Origin: Acidobacteriota bacterium
Lineage (GTDB): Bacteria; Acidobacteriota; UBA6911; RPQK01; JAJDTT01
NCBI GenBank assembly: GCA_965222655.1
Contig: CBDCUP010000003.1
Location: 103,932 to 167,931 of the forward strand
DNA: 64,000 nucleotides
Reading direction: 5' to 3'
The position numbers and the translations under genes are program-made. Numbering within the stretch: the stretch's first letter is position 1; every line of letters starts with the position of its first letter. Positions 55,602-64,000 of the stretch are shown here, piece by piece. Under the pieces are notes generated by a model. The model did no database searches and was not told the origin of the DNA. It saw only the letters and a program-made list of their open reading frames with translations.

Positions 55602-58214
55602 ATGAACTTGAAGCGTCTGGGACTGGTCACGCTTTCAGGGATTCTCCTTACCTCCTTCACCTCGCAAAACCCCGGGGGAGCGGCTGCCGAAGAGCTTCCA
55701 CCGCCAGCAGAAAGCGGAGCGGATTTCATCCGTGACGTAAAACCCATTTTCGAGAGCCGCTGCTACAGCTGCCACGGCTCCCAACAGCAATTGGGTGGCC
55801 TGCGCCTTAATCGCCGAGAGGACGCCCTTCGAGGAGGTAATTCCGGCCCCTCGATCCATCCGGGAAATAGTGCGGAAAGCAAGTTGATCCACCTGGTAGC
55901 GGGCGTCAAGGAAGGTGAAGTGATGCCCCTGGTAGGAGAGAGGCTCACCCGCCAGGAAGTCGGAATCCTTCGCACCTGGATCGATGATGGTGCGGACTGG
56001 CCGGTGGTCGCGGATCCCCAGAATACAAAGGCTGACACCGATTCTTCCAGCGAAAACAACTCGCACTGGTCCTTCCAACCGATTGAGCGACCTGAAGTTC
56101 CCGCGGTTCGGAAGCGGAACTGGATCAGGAACCCGATCGACGCCTTTATTATGGCCAGGCTGGAGGAGGAAGGAATCGCGCCTTCCGCACAGGCCGATCA
56201 GATCACGCTGATTCGTCGGCTGAGTCTCGACTTGATCGGGCTCCCCCCGACTCCCGAGGACGTCTCGAAGTTCCTGATGGACAACCGCTCGGATGCCTAC
56301 GAGCATCTGGTCGACCGATTCCTAGAATCTGAGCACTACGGTGAGAAGTGGGCCGTGCACTGGCTTGATCTTGCCCGCTATGCCGACAGTGACGGCTACG
56401 AGAAAGATTGGGTCAGGCCCCACGCCTGGCGCTACCGCCATTGGGTCATCGACGCCCTGAATCGAGACATGCCTTTCAACCAGTTCACGATCGAGCAGAT
56501 CGCGGGCGACTTGCTTCCCAACGCTACCACTGCACAAAAGGTAGCCACAGGTTTTCATCGGAACACGCTGACCAACCGTGAGGGCGGCGTCGACATCGAA
56601 CAGTTCCGCTTCGAGCAGGTTATCGACCGAGCCAACACCGTGGGAACGGTCTGGCTGGGACTGACCGTAGGCTGCGCACAGTGTCACGATCACAAATACG
56701 ACCCGATTTCCCAGAAAGACTACTATCGCCTCTTCGCCTTCTTCGACGGGGACGAGGAGGTCAACATCGAAGCCCAGCTCCCCGGTGAGATGGGGCCCTA
56801 TTTGCAAGCTCTTCCTGGATATCTCGAAAGGCGCCAGGCCTTGTTGGAAGAGTACGGAGCTCCCGCACTTCAACCCGCCTGGGAAAAGAGGATGCTGGAG
56901 ACGGCGGCCAATCCGGGTAAGTGGACCGACTGGGACGAGGCTTATGACGCTTTGGAGAAGACCCTGGATAACGGCAACAAGATTCTGAAAACCGACCCGC
57001 CCAGACGCACGCGGAAAGAAGGAACGGCGCTAGAGGATCATTTCGCAAGAAACTACAACCGGGTGCTGAGCAAGGAGCGCCAGGAGGAGCTCAAGTTCAA
57101 AGAGCTGTACGAAAAGCTTGTTGAAATGCGGGAATCGTTCCCGGCTTTGAGTCAGGCGCAGACGATTGCCACGAGCCAGAGCCCGATCGAAACGCATGTC
57201 CATCTCCGGGGAGACTATCAAGCGAAAGGCATCCAGGTTCAACCAGGAACCCCCGAGTTCTTGAATTCAGTGCCCTCTGATCCCAAGCCCAACCGACTCA
57301 CGCTGGCTCGCTGGATCACCTCTGACGAGAACCCCCTGACCGCCAGAGTGGCCGTGAACCGCCTCTGGCAGGAACTGTTCGGCCAGGGGCTCGTAAGGAC
57401 TTCCGAAGACTTCGGAACACAGGGGCAGAGACCTTCTCATCCGAAGCTCCTGGACTGGCTGGCGACGGAGTTCGTGAGCCGCGACTGGAGCATCAAGGCG
57501 ATGATCAAGACCATCGTAGTGTCAGCCGCCTACCGGCAGTCCTCCCAGGAGAGGCCCTCGCTGGAGTCTGGTGAACAGGAAAATTCGCTGATCGCCCGTC
57601 AATCCCGTCTGCGGCTGCCCGCTGAGTTGATCCGAGACGCGGCGCTGTCAGCAAGTGGCCTCTTGAACCCATCCATCGGGGGAAAGAGTGTAAGGCCCCC
57701 TCAACCGAAGGAGGTTGTCGACGTGGGCTTTGGCAATTCTGTGAAATGGGAAGAGAGTCGAGGCGCTGGTCGGTACCGCCGCGGACTTTACATTCATTTC
57801 CAGCGGACGGTTCCGTATCCGTTCTTGATGAATTTCGATGCTTCCGAAAAGAACATCACCTCCTGCCGGAGGAACCGCTCGAACACGCCCCTACAGGCTC
57901 TAAACCTGCTGAATGATCCAGTATTCCTGGAAGCGGCCCAGGCACTTGCTGCCCGCACACTGCGGGAGGTCCCGGGCAGTTTTGATAATCGCCTGGGGCA
58001 CGCATTTCGGCTCTGCCTGGCCCGCGACCCCAGATCGAGCGAGCGCACGAGGCTGACCGAGTACTTTCGACAGCAGCAGCAGATGTTGGATTCGGAAACG
58101 GCCCAGGTGCTGTTCCCACTCGATCTCGACGGCGTCGATCGGATTCAAGCAGCGGCCTGGGTGGGTCTCAGCAGTGTCCTGTTGAACCTGGACGAGTTCG
58201 TCAGCCGGGAGTAG
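55602..58214 (+). CDS. PSCyt1 (CxxCH cytochrome-c-like) plus DUF1549 plus DUF1553 domain protein, secreted
   Basis: Start at ATG 55602 (MNLKRLGLVTLSGILLTSF). The heme motif CYSCHG lies within the PSCyt1 block FIRDVKPIFESRCYSCHGSQQQLGGLRL. DUF1549/DUF1553 blocks are as in 36966..39254 (WLDLARYADSDGYEKDWVRPHAWRYRHWVIDA, CAQCHDHKYDP). Confidence 0.85.
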   Translation: MNLKRLGLVTLSGILLTSFTSQNPGGAAAEELPPPAESGADFIRDVKPIFESRCYSCHGSQQQLGGLRLNRREDALRGGNSGPSIHPGNSAESKLIHLVAGVKEGEVMPLVGERLTRQEVGILRTWIDDGADWPVVADPQNTKADTDSSSENNSHWSFQPIERPEVPAVRKRNWIRNPIDAFIMARLEEEGIAPSAQADQITLIRRLSLDLIGLPPTPEDVSKFLMDNRSDAYEHLVDRFLESEHYGEKWAVHWLDLARYADSDGYEKDWVRPHAWRYRHWVIDALNRDMPFNQFTIEQIAGDLLPNATTAQKVATGFHRNTLTNREGGVDIEQFRFEQVIDRANTVGTVWLGLTVGCAQCHDHKYDPISQKDYYRLFAFFDGDEEVNIEAQLPGEMGPYLQALPGYLERRQALLEEYGAPALQPAWEKRMLETAANPGKWTDWDEAYDALEKTLDNGNKILKTDPPRRTRKEGTALEDHFARNYNRVLSKERQEELKFKELYEKLVEMRESFPALSQAQTIATSQSPIETHVHLRGDYQAKGIQVQPGTPEFLNSVPSDPKPNRLTLARWITSDENPLTARVAVNRLWQELFGQGLVRTSEDFGTQGQRPSHPKLLDWLATEFVSRDWSIKAMIKTIVVSAAYRQSSQERPSLESGEQENSLIARQSRLRLPAELIRDAALSASGLLNPSIGGKSVRPPQPKEVVDVGFGNSVKWEESRGAGRYRRGLYIHFQRTVPYPFLMNFDASEKNITSCRRNRSNTPLQALNLLNDPVFLEAAQALAARTLREVPGSFDNRLGHAFRLCLARDPRSSERTRLTEYFRQQQQMLDSETAQVLFPLDLDGVDRIQAAAWVGLSSVLLNLDEFVSRE

Positions 58215-58218
58215 AAAG

Positions 58219-59655
58219 ATGGATCTGAGAACATTCAAACTCTCTCAAACCCGTCGTGATTTTCTCAGCAGATGTGCCGGCGGAATCGGGACTGTTGCCC
58301 TGGCGCATCTGATGGCGTTGGAGGGGCGTACCGCTACGAGTCGGTTGACCGGGACCAATCCTCTGGCTCCCAAGTCTCCTCACTTCGCCCCCACCGCCAA
58401 GAACATGATCTTCCTTTTCATGGCGGGTGCTCCCAGCCAGCTCGACCTGTTCGATCCCAAACCGGAGCTAGTGAAGTGGCACGGAAAGCCGCTTCCCGGC
58501 TCCATGACGAAGGATCTAAAACTGGCATTCATCAAACCGTCGGCAAAGATCTTGGCGAGCGCTCGGCAGTTCAAGAAATATGGTGAGTGCGGTATGGAGT
58601 TTTCCGACTACCTGCCTCACACGGCGTCCAAGGCCGATGACATCTGTCTGATTCGTTCCATGCACACCGAGGCATTCAACCACCATCCGGGTCAGATGCT
58701 GTTGACGAGCGGTACGACCCAATTCGGGCGACCCACCGTGGGGTCCTGGGCGGTGTACGGACTGGGCAGCGAAAACCAGGACCTGCCCGGCTTCGTCGTC
58801 CTCAGCTCGGGTCGAGGGACCAGCGGAGGCTCCAACAATTGGTCGAGCGGTTTTCTCCCCTCACTGTACCAGGGAGTCCCTTTTCGAAGCAAAGGAGCCC
58901 CGATCCTCTATTTGCCCAACCCCCCGGGAGTCGGTCCGGAGATGCAGCGGGCCCGGCTGGACGCCCTTCGCGACCTCAACCAGGACGAGTATCTGGAAAC
59001 GGGAGATCGCGAGATCCTCTCTCGAATCGCATCCTACGAACTGGCCTATCGGATGCAGATGTCGGCCCCAGATTTGCTCGATTTCTCCGACGAACCCAAA
59101 CATATTCTGGACCTCTACGGTGTCAACCAAGAGCCTACCGGGCCCTACGCAACCAATTGTTTGCTGGCGAGGCGGATGGTCGAACGGGGGGTTCGCTTCG
59201 TCATGCTGGCCCATGCAAGCTGGGACGATCACGATAAGATCGACGAAGGCCTGAAGAAGAACTGTGAGATCACCGATCAGCCCATAGCTGCGCTCTTGCA
59301 GGACCTGAAGCAGCGCGGGCTATTAGACACCACCTTGGTTGTCTGGGGCGGCGAATTCGGCCGCACGCCCCTGTCCCAGGCTGGCCGTGCCGACCAGGCG
59401 CCGGGACGCGATCACCATCCAGATTGTTTCAGCATGTGGTTAGCCGGCGGAGGAATCCGAGGCGGCCAGACCATCGGCAAAACGGACGAACTCGGTTTGA
59501 ACGTGGTTGAGGACAAGATCCACATTCACGACCTACAGGCCACTATCCTCAAGTGTCTGGGCTTCGACCACACAAAGCTGACCTACCACCACATGGGACG
59601 AGACTTTCGCCTCACAGATGTCGGAGGGAAGGTCGTTGAAAAACTGCTGGTGTAG
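58219..59655 (+). CDS. DUF1501 domain protein (sulfatase-like), Tat-secreted
   Basis: Tat motif QTRRDFLSRCAGG. Roughly 75% identical to 39257..40693. It starts 4 nt after the DUF1553 stop. Confidence 0.85.
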   Translation: MDLRTFKLSQTRRDFLSRCAGGIGTVALAHLMALEGRTATSRLTGTNPLAPKSPHFAPTAKNMIFLFMAGAPSQLDLFDPKPELVKWHGKPLPGSMTKDLKLAFIKPSAKILASARQFKKYGECGMEFSDYLPHTASKADDICLIRSMHTEAFNHHPGQMLLTSGTTQFGRPTVGSWAVYGLGSENQDLPGFVVLSSGRGTSGGSNNWSSGFLPSLYQGVPFRSKGAPILYLPNPPGVGPEMQRARLDALRDLNQDEYLETGDREILSRIASYELAYRMQMSAPDLLDFSDEPKHILDLYGVNQEPTGPYATNCLLARRMVERGVRFVMLAHASWDDHDKIDEGLKKNCEITDQPIAALLQDLKQRGLLDTTLVVWGGEFGRTPLSQAGRADQAPGRDHHPDCFSMWLAGGGIRGGQTIGKTDELGLNVVEDKIHIHDLQATILKCLGFDHTKLTYHHMGRDFRLTDVGGKVVEKLLV

Positions 59656-59745
59656 CCCTTTTTGCAGGCTTCTAAGCTGACTTCATTTGGTTTCAGATTA
59701 CAGGTTAAAGGTTCCCGTTTGCCGAAAAACATGAAACGAAATCCG

Positions 59746-59822
59746 ACAGAGCCGCGAGCGACTTGACTCGTCAGCAACATGAGGCCAATTTCCGAGGAGC
59801 GACCGGTCAGCAGCACAATCTA
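59746..59822 (+). repeat. Intergenic repeat family copy D
   Basis: gacagagccgcgagcgacttgactcgtcagcaacatgaggccaatttccgaggagcgaccggtcagcagcacaatct. Its reverse strand encodes MLLTGRSSEIGLMLLTSQVARGSVGF (track ORF 59583..59816). Confidence 0.6.
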
Positions 59823-59928
59823 CCCTGTACTCAACCGGAGTTTCTTTCTCGAATGGGGCCAGCTCGGCTGGGGGCGCGACCTGTAAAGATAGTACGACCC
59901 TGGAACAACCACAACGGAAGGAGATCCC

Positions 59929-61677
59929 ATGTCTTTCAACCGCAGGAACTTTCTAAGAACTGTAGCGGCAGCAGGCGGAACTGCCGCTTCGGCCAGTGCC
60001 TTGGCGAAAGCCTCAGCAGCTCGAGGCCCAAGCGGTACTGCCGCGACAGAGGACAATCGTCCCCCCTTTCGACTCATCTGGGAAGGTGAATGGAACGACG
60101 TTCCCTGTTCGGATTACCCCCTGACACCAGAGAAGTGGGCGCAGGAATCGATCACTCCGATCGTCAACACCGACGTGGATGCCTTGGTCTACAACCTTTG
60201 CAGCAGCGACGGCTACGTCGCCGAGCTGAAGAACGGCGAGCGGCTACTCGCCAACGTCAAGCAGTTTGACGATTCCTGGATCTGGCGCTATCGAGAAAAC
60301 ACCAAACGGCTGATCGAGGCGGGGGCCAACCCCCCCGATCTGGCGGTCAAATATGGGCGCAGGTATGGGTTGAAGATCTTCCCGGCCATCCGCATGAACG
60401 ATGCCCACGATCAATACTTTCTTCCCGAGGTAAGCGACTTCAAGCTGAAGAATCCGCAGTACCTCCTCGGCAATCCGCACTGGGGAGAGAAGGAGCAAAA
60501 GGAATATCCACTGGGCAAGATGGAGTGCTTCACCTGGGGCATGTTTGATTTTTCCCATAAGGCAATACGGGACCACAAGCTGGCTATCATCAACGAGTTT
60601 GCAACCCGCTGGGATAACGACGGAGTGATGCTGGATTTCGATCGCGATCCCATGTTCTTCTGGCCGCCTCAGGGCGGTGGTGGCAAGCCAGAGAATCAGG
60701 AGAAGATGACCGATCTGATCCGATCGGTGCGTGCCACCCTGGATAAAGTCGAAACAGAACGAGGAAAGAAGCAATTCCTGATGGTACGCCTGATCCCCAG
60801 CATCGAGGTTTGCCTCGAGAGGGGATTGGATGTCGCCACCTGGGTGAAGGAAGGTCTGGTTCAGGTGATTATTCCCGGCTCGGGTTTCGCTCCCCTGACG
60901 CTGGACCCGAAGCCCTGGCTGGAGTTGGTGGAAGGAAAGGAATGTTGGATCTACCCGGGAAACTGGCACTGGAGACCCACCAGGGAGACGCGGGCCTGGG
61001 CCGCTCAGATGCTCGACCAGGGAGCCCACGGGCTCTACCTGTTCAACTGGGGTCATCTTCTGATGGGGTACAGGCCAGGAGACCGACCCCCACCCCCGCT
61101 GCTGGGCCGCACGGAATGGCGCAATCAAGGCGGTTCGGTCTGGAGGAGTGAACTCGATCCCGATTACTACACCACCTTGAGTGAGATTGGTGACATTCGG
61201 AAAGTGCAGTTCAAGGCCAAGACCTACCTGCTGGATTCGCACCCGCACGAGCTGATCGAGAGACATGGAAGAACCCACGGAAAGCTGTTCCGCGAATACC
61301 GGGCGATCGATGACGTGGTTCTGCCCATCACCCTTTCGGTCGGCCGGCACGAGGTTCCCTTCCGAATCGGCGACGATCTCGCTCTGGCTCAGGAGGCCGC
61401 CTTCGCTCCCCGAGCAAGGCTCAAGATGGTGATCGTCAATACCACTCATCCAGACCGCTTCAGCGTGACACTGAACGACATCCCTCTGGATGACGCGACC
61501 CGTACGACTCGAGATGTGTTCATCATGAACAACTTCACTAGGGTGGAGTATCCCCTCCCGGTGGAAGCACTCGAGAGAGGCAAGAACCGGCTGAGGATCG
61601 AGATGCATGAAACCAATCCTCAGATGCGTGTGGATCCCGTCCTCGATAGCGTGGAGATTGAGATCGACTACGCATGA
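59929..61677 (+). CDS. Tat-secreted TIM-barrel-like protein of an uncharacterised glycoside-hydrolase-like family (paralog)
   Basis: Tat motif MSFNRRNFLRTVAAAGG, with AAGGAG upstream. See 42332..44089. Confidence 0.6.
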   Translation: MSFNRRNFLRTVAAAGGTAASASALAKASAARGPSGTAATEDNRPPFRLIWEGEWNDVPCSDYPLTPEKWAQESITPIVNTDVDALVYNLCSSDGYVAELKNGERLLANVKQFDDSWIWRYRENTKRLIEAGANPPDLAVKYGRRYGLKIFPAIRMNDAHDQYFLPEVSDFKLKNPQYLLGNPHWGEKEQKEYPLGKMECFTWGMFDFSHKAIRDHKLAIINEFATRWDNDGVMLDFDRDPMFFWPPQGGGGKPENQEKMTDLIRSVRATLDKVETERGKKQFLMVRLIPSIEVCLERGLDVATWVKEGLVQVIIPGSGFAPLTLDPKPWLELVEGKECWIYPGNWHWRPTRETRAWAAQMLDQGAHGLYLFNWGHLLMGYRPGDRPPPPLLGRTEWRNQGGSVWRSELDPDYYTTLSEIGDIRKVQFKAKTYLLDSHPHELIERHGRTHGKLFREYRAIDDVVLPITLSVGRHEVPFRIGDDLALAQEAAFAPRARLKMVIVNTTHPDRFSVTLNDIPLDDATRTTRDVFIMNNFTRVEYPLPVEALERGKNRLRIEMHETNPQMRVDPVLDSVEIEIDYA

Positions 61678-62552
61678 GCTCTGAGCCAAAAGGGTTGCCG
61701 AAGTATGACAAGCGTCGGATCGTTCATATCAAGGGAGTGGACCATCCCGAGTCCATTGGTGTTGGACCGGGAGGTGAAGCCTATACCACCGGGACCGGGT
61801 GTCAGGTGTATCGCCTGGACCTGGACAACAACACAGCGAAACAGTTCGCTCAAACTGAATCTCGTTGTCTGGGCTCAGTAGTCGACTCGGAGGGGAATCT
61901 GTATCTGGCACACACGGCGGGTGATGTCCTGAAGATCACACTCGACGGGGAAACCCGCGTCTACGCTGCGGGGCCAGGCGGCCAACCCTTCCTTTGCACC
62001 AACTACCCTGCCTTCGACCAGCGCGGCAACATGTATCTCTCCGACAGTGGTGATTGGTCGGAGAAGATCAACGGACATATCTATCGGGTGAAGCCCGGAG
62101 GAGGAGAGGCCGGGCTATGGTACCCCGAGCCGCTCGACACACCCAACGCCATCGCACTCGATGCCAAAGAAGAGAACCTGTACTTCGTAGAGACGCACGG
62201 CGGTGCTATTGCTCGAATCGAGATCAACGAGGACGGTTCGGCAGGTGCCTTCGAGAGAATCGTACACATGCCACGCCACGTGCCCGACGGCATCGCTTTC
62301 GACAACGACGGGAGACTCTGGATCGCTTGCCATCGTCCTGACGCGATCTACTACTTCGATCTCCAGTCCAAGCGCCTGGAACTGTTCTGTGAAGATTGGG
62401 CGGGAGAGGCGCTTCGGGGGCCGACGGACATCTCATTCGCGGGGCCTGACCGCGAGATCATGCTGGCCGCTTCTCTGGACAACCTGGTGGTCCACCGCTT
62501 CGACGGCACCGGCGTCAGAGGACTGGAGCTCAACAATCCTGTGATCGGATAA
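61674..62552 (+). CDS. SMP-30/gluconolactonase/LRE-like beta-propeller protein (candidate sugar lactonase), cytoplasmic
   Basis: Propeller blade motifs (VVDSEGNLYLA, DQRGNMYLSD, PNAIALDAKEENLYFVE, PDGIAFDNDGRLWIA). It overlaps the upstream stop by 4 nt (ATGA). Confidence 0.6.
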   Translation: MSSEPKGLPKYDKRRIVHIKGVDHPESIGVGPGGEAYTTGTGCQVYRLDLDNNTAKQFAQTESRCLGSVVDSEGNLYLAHTAGDVLKITLDGETRVYAAGPGGQPFLCTNYPAFDQRGNMYLSDSGDWSEKINGHIYRVKPGGGEAGLWYPEPLDTPNAIALDAKEENLYFVETHGGAIARIEINEDGSAGAFERIVHMPRHVPDGIAFDNDGRLWIACHRPDAIYYFDLQSKRLELFCEDWAGEALRGPTDISFAGPDREIMLAASLDNLVVHRFDGTGVRGLELNNPVIG

Positions 62553-62622
62553 TGGAGCGTTTGGCTCCACCCGAACGGTCCCGAAGCCGAGTCGATCCGA
62601 GGGAAGATGCCAGGAGGACTCC

Positions 62623-63795
62623 ATGAAGATCAGTGACATCAAAGTGCACATCATGAGCGTTCCCCGACCCGACGGCAGCCGGGTGATGCGCAACTGGATC
62701 TTTGTCGAGGTTTCCACCGACGAAGGGATCACCGGTATCGGCGAAGCAACGACTGAATACCACGAACTGGCAATCAAGGCTCAGATTGAGACGGAATTGA
62801 AGCCCAGGCTGCTGGGCATGGACCCAACCGACATCGAGCGGATCTGGCAGCTTGGATACCGGGACTTCTGGTGGCGACGAGGTGTCGTACAGAGCAGCGC
62901 CATGAGTGGTATCGACCAGGCCCTATGGGACATCAGTGGCAAGGCCGCGGGACTTCCCGTGTTCAAACTGCTGGGTGGCGCGGTGCGAGACAAGGTTCGC
63001 TGCTATATCCGCTATGGCCCCGAGTTTTATGGGGTCAGTCTCGAAGATGCCGTCCGAGCTGCCCTCGAGATGGGATTCGACGCCTTTAAACTCGGTTTTG
63101 GCTCGGTGACGAAACCCTATAACATGAGTCGGCAGACAGAGATTGCCATCGCGGAGCACACCAAGGTGAGGGAGATCATGGGTCCCGGGGTAGCGCTGAT
63201 GATCGACGCCGCTTGCATGTTTGACCCGCAGTCCGCGCACCGGCTCATTGCAGGGTTACGGCCCTTGGACATGACTTTCGTCGAGGAGCCGACCAACATG
63301 GACACGATCGAACCGACGCGGCGACTGAAGCGGGACTTCCCCGACGTCAAGATCGCCTTGGGAGAACGTCTGAACACCCGCTGGGATTTCCGTCCCTGGT
63401 TCGAGCAGCAGGCGATCGACGTCTGTCAGGCCGACATATGTCACGCCGGGGGGATCAGCGAGTTGATGAAGATCGCCCACTTCGCCGAGGTCTACGGGAT
63501 CCTGATGGCACCGCACAATCCGTACGGTCCGGTCGCGCTGGCAGCATGCGCACATGCCGCCGCGGCCATTCAGAATTTCCTGATCCTGGAACACTGTCCC
63601 ATTCAGCCCTGGTTCGAACAGGTGCAGCGGGTCGAGATACCAGTTCGACAGGGTCATATTGACGTGGCTGAACTTGCCCAGCATCCGGGATTGGGAGTAG
63701 AACTCGACATGGACCTCGTCCGCTCACGCAATCAACACCTCCCCATGGAGGCTTCGCGCTACACTGCCGTAGACGGCTCTACACCGTTGCTTTAA
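62623..63795 (+). CDS. Enolase-superfamily dehydratase (mandelate racemase / D-galactonate dehydratase-like)
   Basis: N-terminal capping domain MKISDIKVH...WIFVEVSTDEGITGIGEAT. The barrel regions include GLPVFKLLGGAVRD and a C-terminal region beginning with KIAHFAEVYGILMAPHN. It is paralogous to the frameshifted gene at 7641..8827. Confidence 0.8.
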   Translation: MKISDIKVHIMSVPRPDGSRVMRNWIFVEVSTDEGITGIGEATTEYHELAIKAQIETELKPRLLGMDPTDIERIWQLGYRDFWWRRGVVQSSAMSGIDQALWDISGKAAGLPVFKLLGGAVRDKVRCYIRYGPEFYGVSLEDAVRAALEMGFDAFKLGFGSVTKPYNMSRQTEIAIAEHTKVREIMGPGVALMIDAACMFDPQSAHRLIAGLRPLDMTFVEEPTNMDTIEPTRRLKRDFPDVKIALGERLNTRWDFRPWFEQQAIDVCQADICHAGGISELMKIAHFAEVYGILMAPHNPYGPVALAACAHAAAAIQNFLILEHCPIQPWFEQVQRVEIPVRQGHIDVAELAQHPGLGVELDMDLVRSRNQHLPMEASRYTAVDGSTPLL

Positions 63796-63826
63796 TCTCT
63801 AAGGAGGGAGGAGTCGATGAAACTAG

Positions 63827-64000
63827 GCTTGTCACAGGCATCCTATCGCTGGTTGTGCTATCCCCCGCTTCGTCATGACAACGCCGGTATCTACCTGTTC
63901 AACGTGACCGATCCGGCCTTCCTCAACTATGGACGTCCGCTTCCCTATGTAAATTCGCTCCAGGGTCCGGAACCGGGAAAGCATATTGAATGGCTGATTG
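63827..64000 (+). CDS. Partial CDS (N-terminus only), possibly a sugar-phosphate isomerase/epimerase-like TIM-barrel protein
   Basis: MKLGLSQASYRWLCYPP... with GGAGGGAGGAG ribosome-binding site upstream. It runs off the window end. Family assignment is weak. Confidence 0.3.

Noticed and set aside
59583-59816. 77-aa minus-strand ORF (MLLTGRSSEIGL...)
   Set aside because: Only the first roughly 26 codons correspond to the conserved repeat element. The rest is antisense read-through into the DUF1501 gene end, so it is not accepted as a CDS of that length.
51180-61689. Long antisense ORFs 51180..51926, 56322..56873 and 60244..61689 opposite the sialidase, DUF1553 and GH-like genes
   Set aside because: The sense-strand products have strong family signatures. 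The antisense translations are Arg/Pro/Gly-rich, without motifs.

Overview
This is a high-GC (about 60%) bacterial window, almost entirely coding, with an accessory-locus character. The dominant theme is secreted glycan degradation and sugar-acid catabolism. It holds three paralogous GH33 sialidases with Asp-boxes, a further BNR-repeat protein and a GH2 hydrolase. It also holds a NodB deacetylase fusion, a DHDPS-family (NanA-like) aldolase, two SMP-30-type lactonases and two enolase-superfamily dehydratases, one of which is frameshifted. Alongside these are a Gfo/Idh/MocA oxidoreductase, an amidohydrolase_2 lactonase, an MFS transporter, a PQQ quinoprotein dehydrogenase, an SDR plus a TPP enzyme, and a molybdopterin sulfite-oxidase-like enzyme. 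A giant TonB-dependent-receptor-like gene with an N-terminal carboxypeptidase-regulatory domain is also present. The hallmark genes (GWxTD protein, ASPIC/UnbV FG-GAP proteins, the CarboxypepD_reg TonB receptor, and two PSCyt/DUF1549/DUF1553 plus DUF1501 gene pairs) point to an Acidobacteria-like organism; Planctomycetes and Verrucomicrobia are alternatives. This taxonomic call is an inference from gene content only.

The items most worth a second look are these. Each of the two DUF1553+DUF1501 pairs is followed by a Tat-secreted TIM-barrel-like protein of an uncharacterised family (a third paralog sits in operon with the deacetylase) and is flanked by a sialidase. One copy runs straight, with 4-bp gene overlaps, into a lactonase, dehydratase and isomerase operon, which suggests a glycan-processing module not previously described as such. 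At least four intergenic families of short structured repeats occur. One is a roughly 90-nt element in four copies that carries a conserved ATTGTGCTGTTG core; one copy has a perfect Shine-Dalgarno sequence and a 33-codon ORF. The others are a GGTCTCCAGGCCG hairpin family sitting between convergent genes, a nested inverted repeat of about 226 bp, and a MITE-like element with 26-bp terminal inverted repeats (TIRs). CAGTGAG heptamer arrays are also present. An IS256-family transposase lies upstream of the TonB-like gene with a duplicated remnant of its own 3' end, and there is a truncated paralog gene fragment. I saw no rRNA or CRISPR; I could not scan reliably for tRNAs by eye and noticed none. 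Several ORFs in the supplied track carry spurious N-terminal extensions; I give corrected starts based on signal peptides and ribosome-binding sites.
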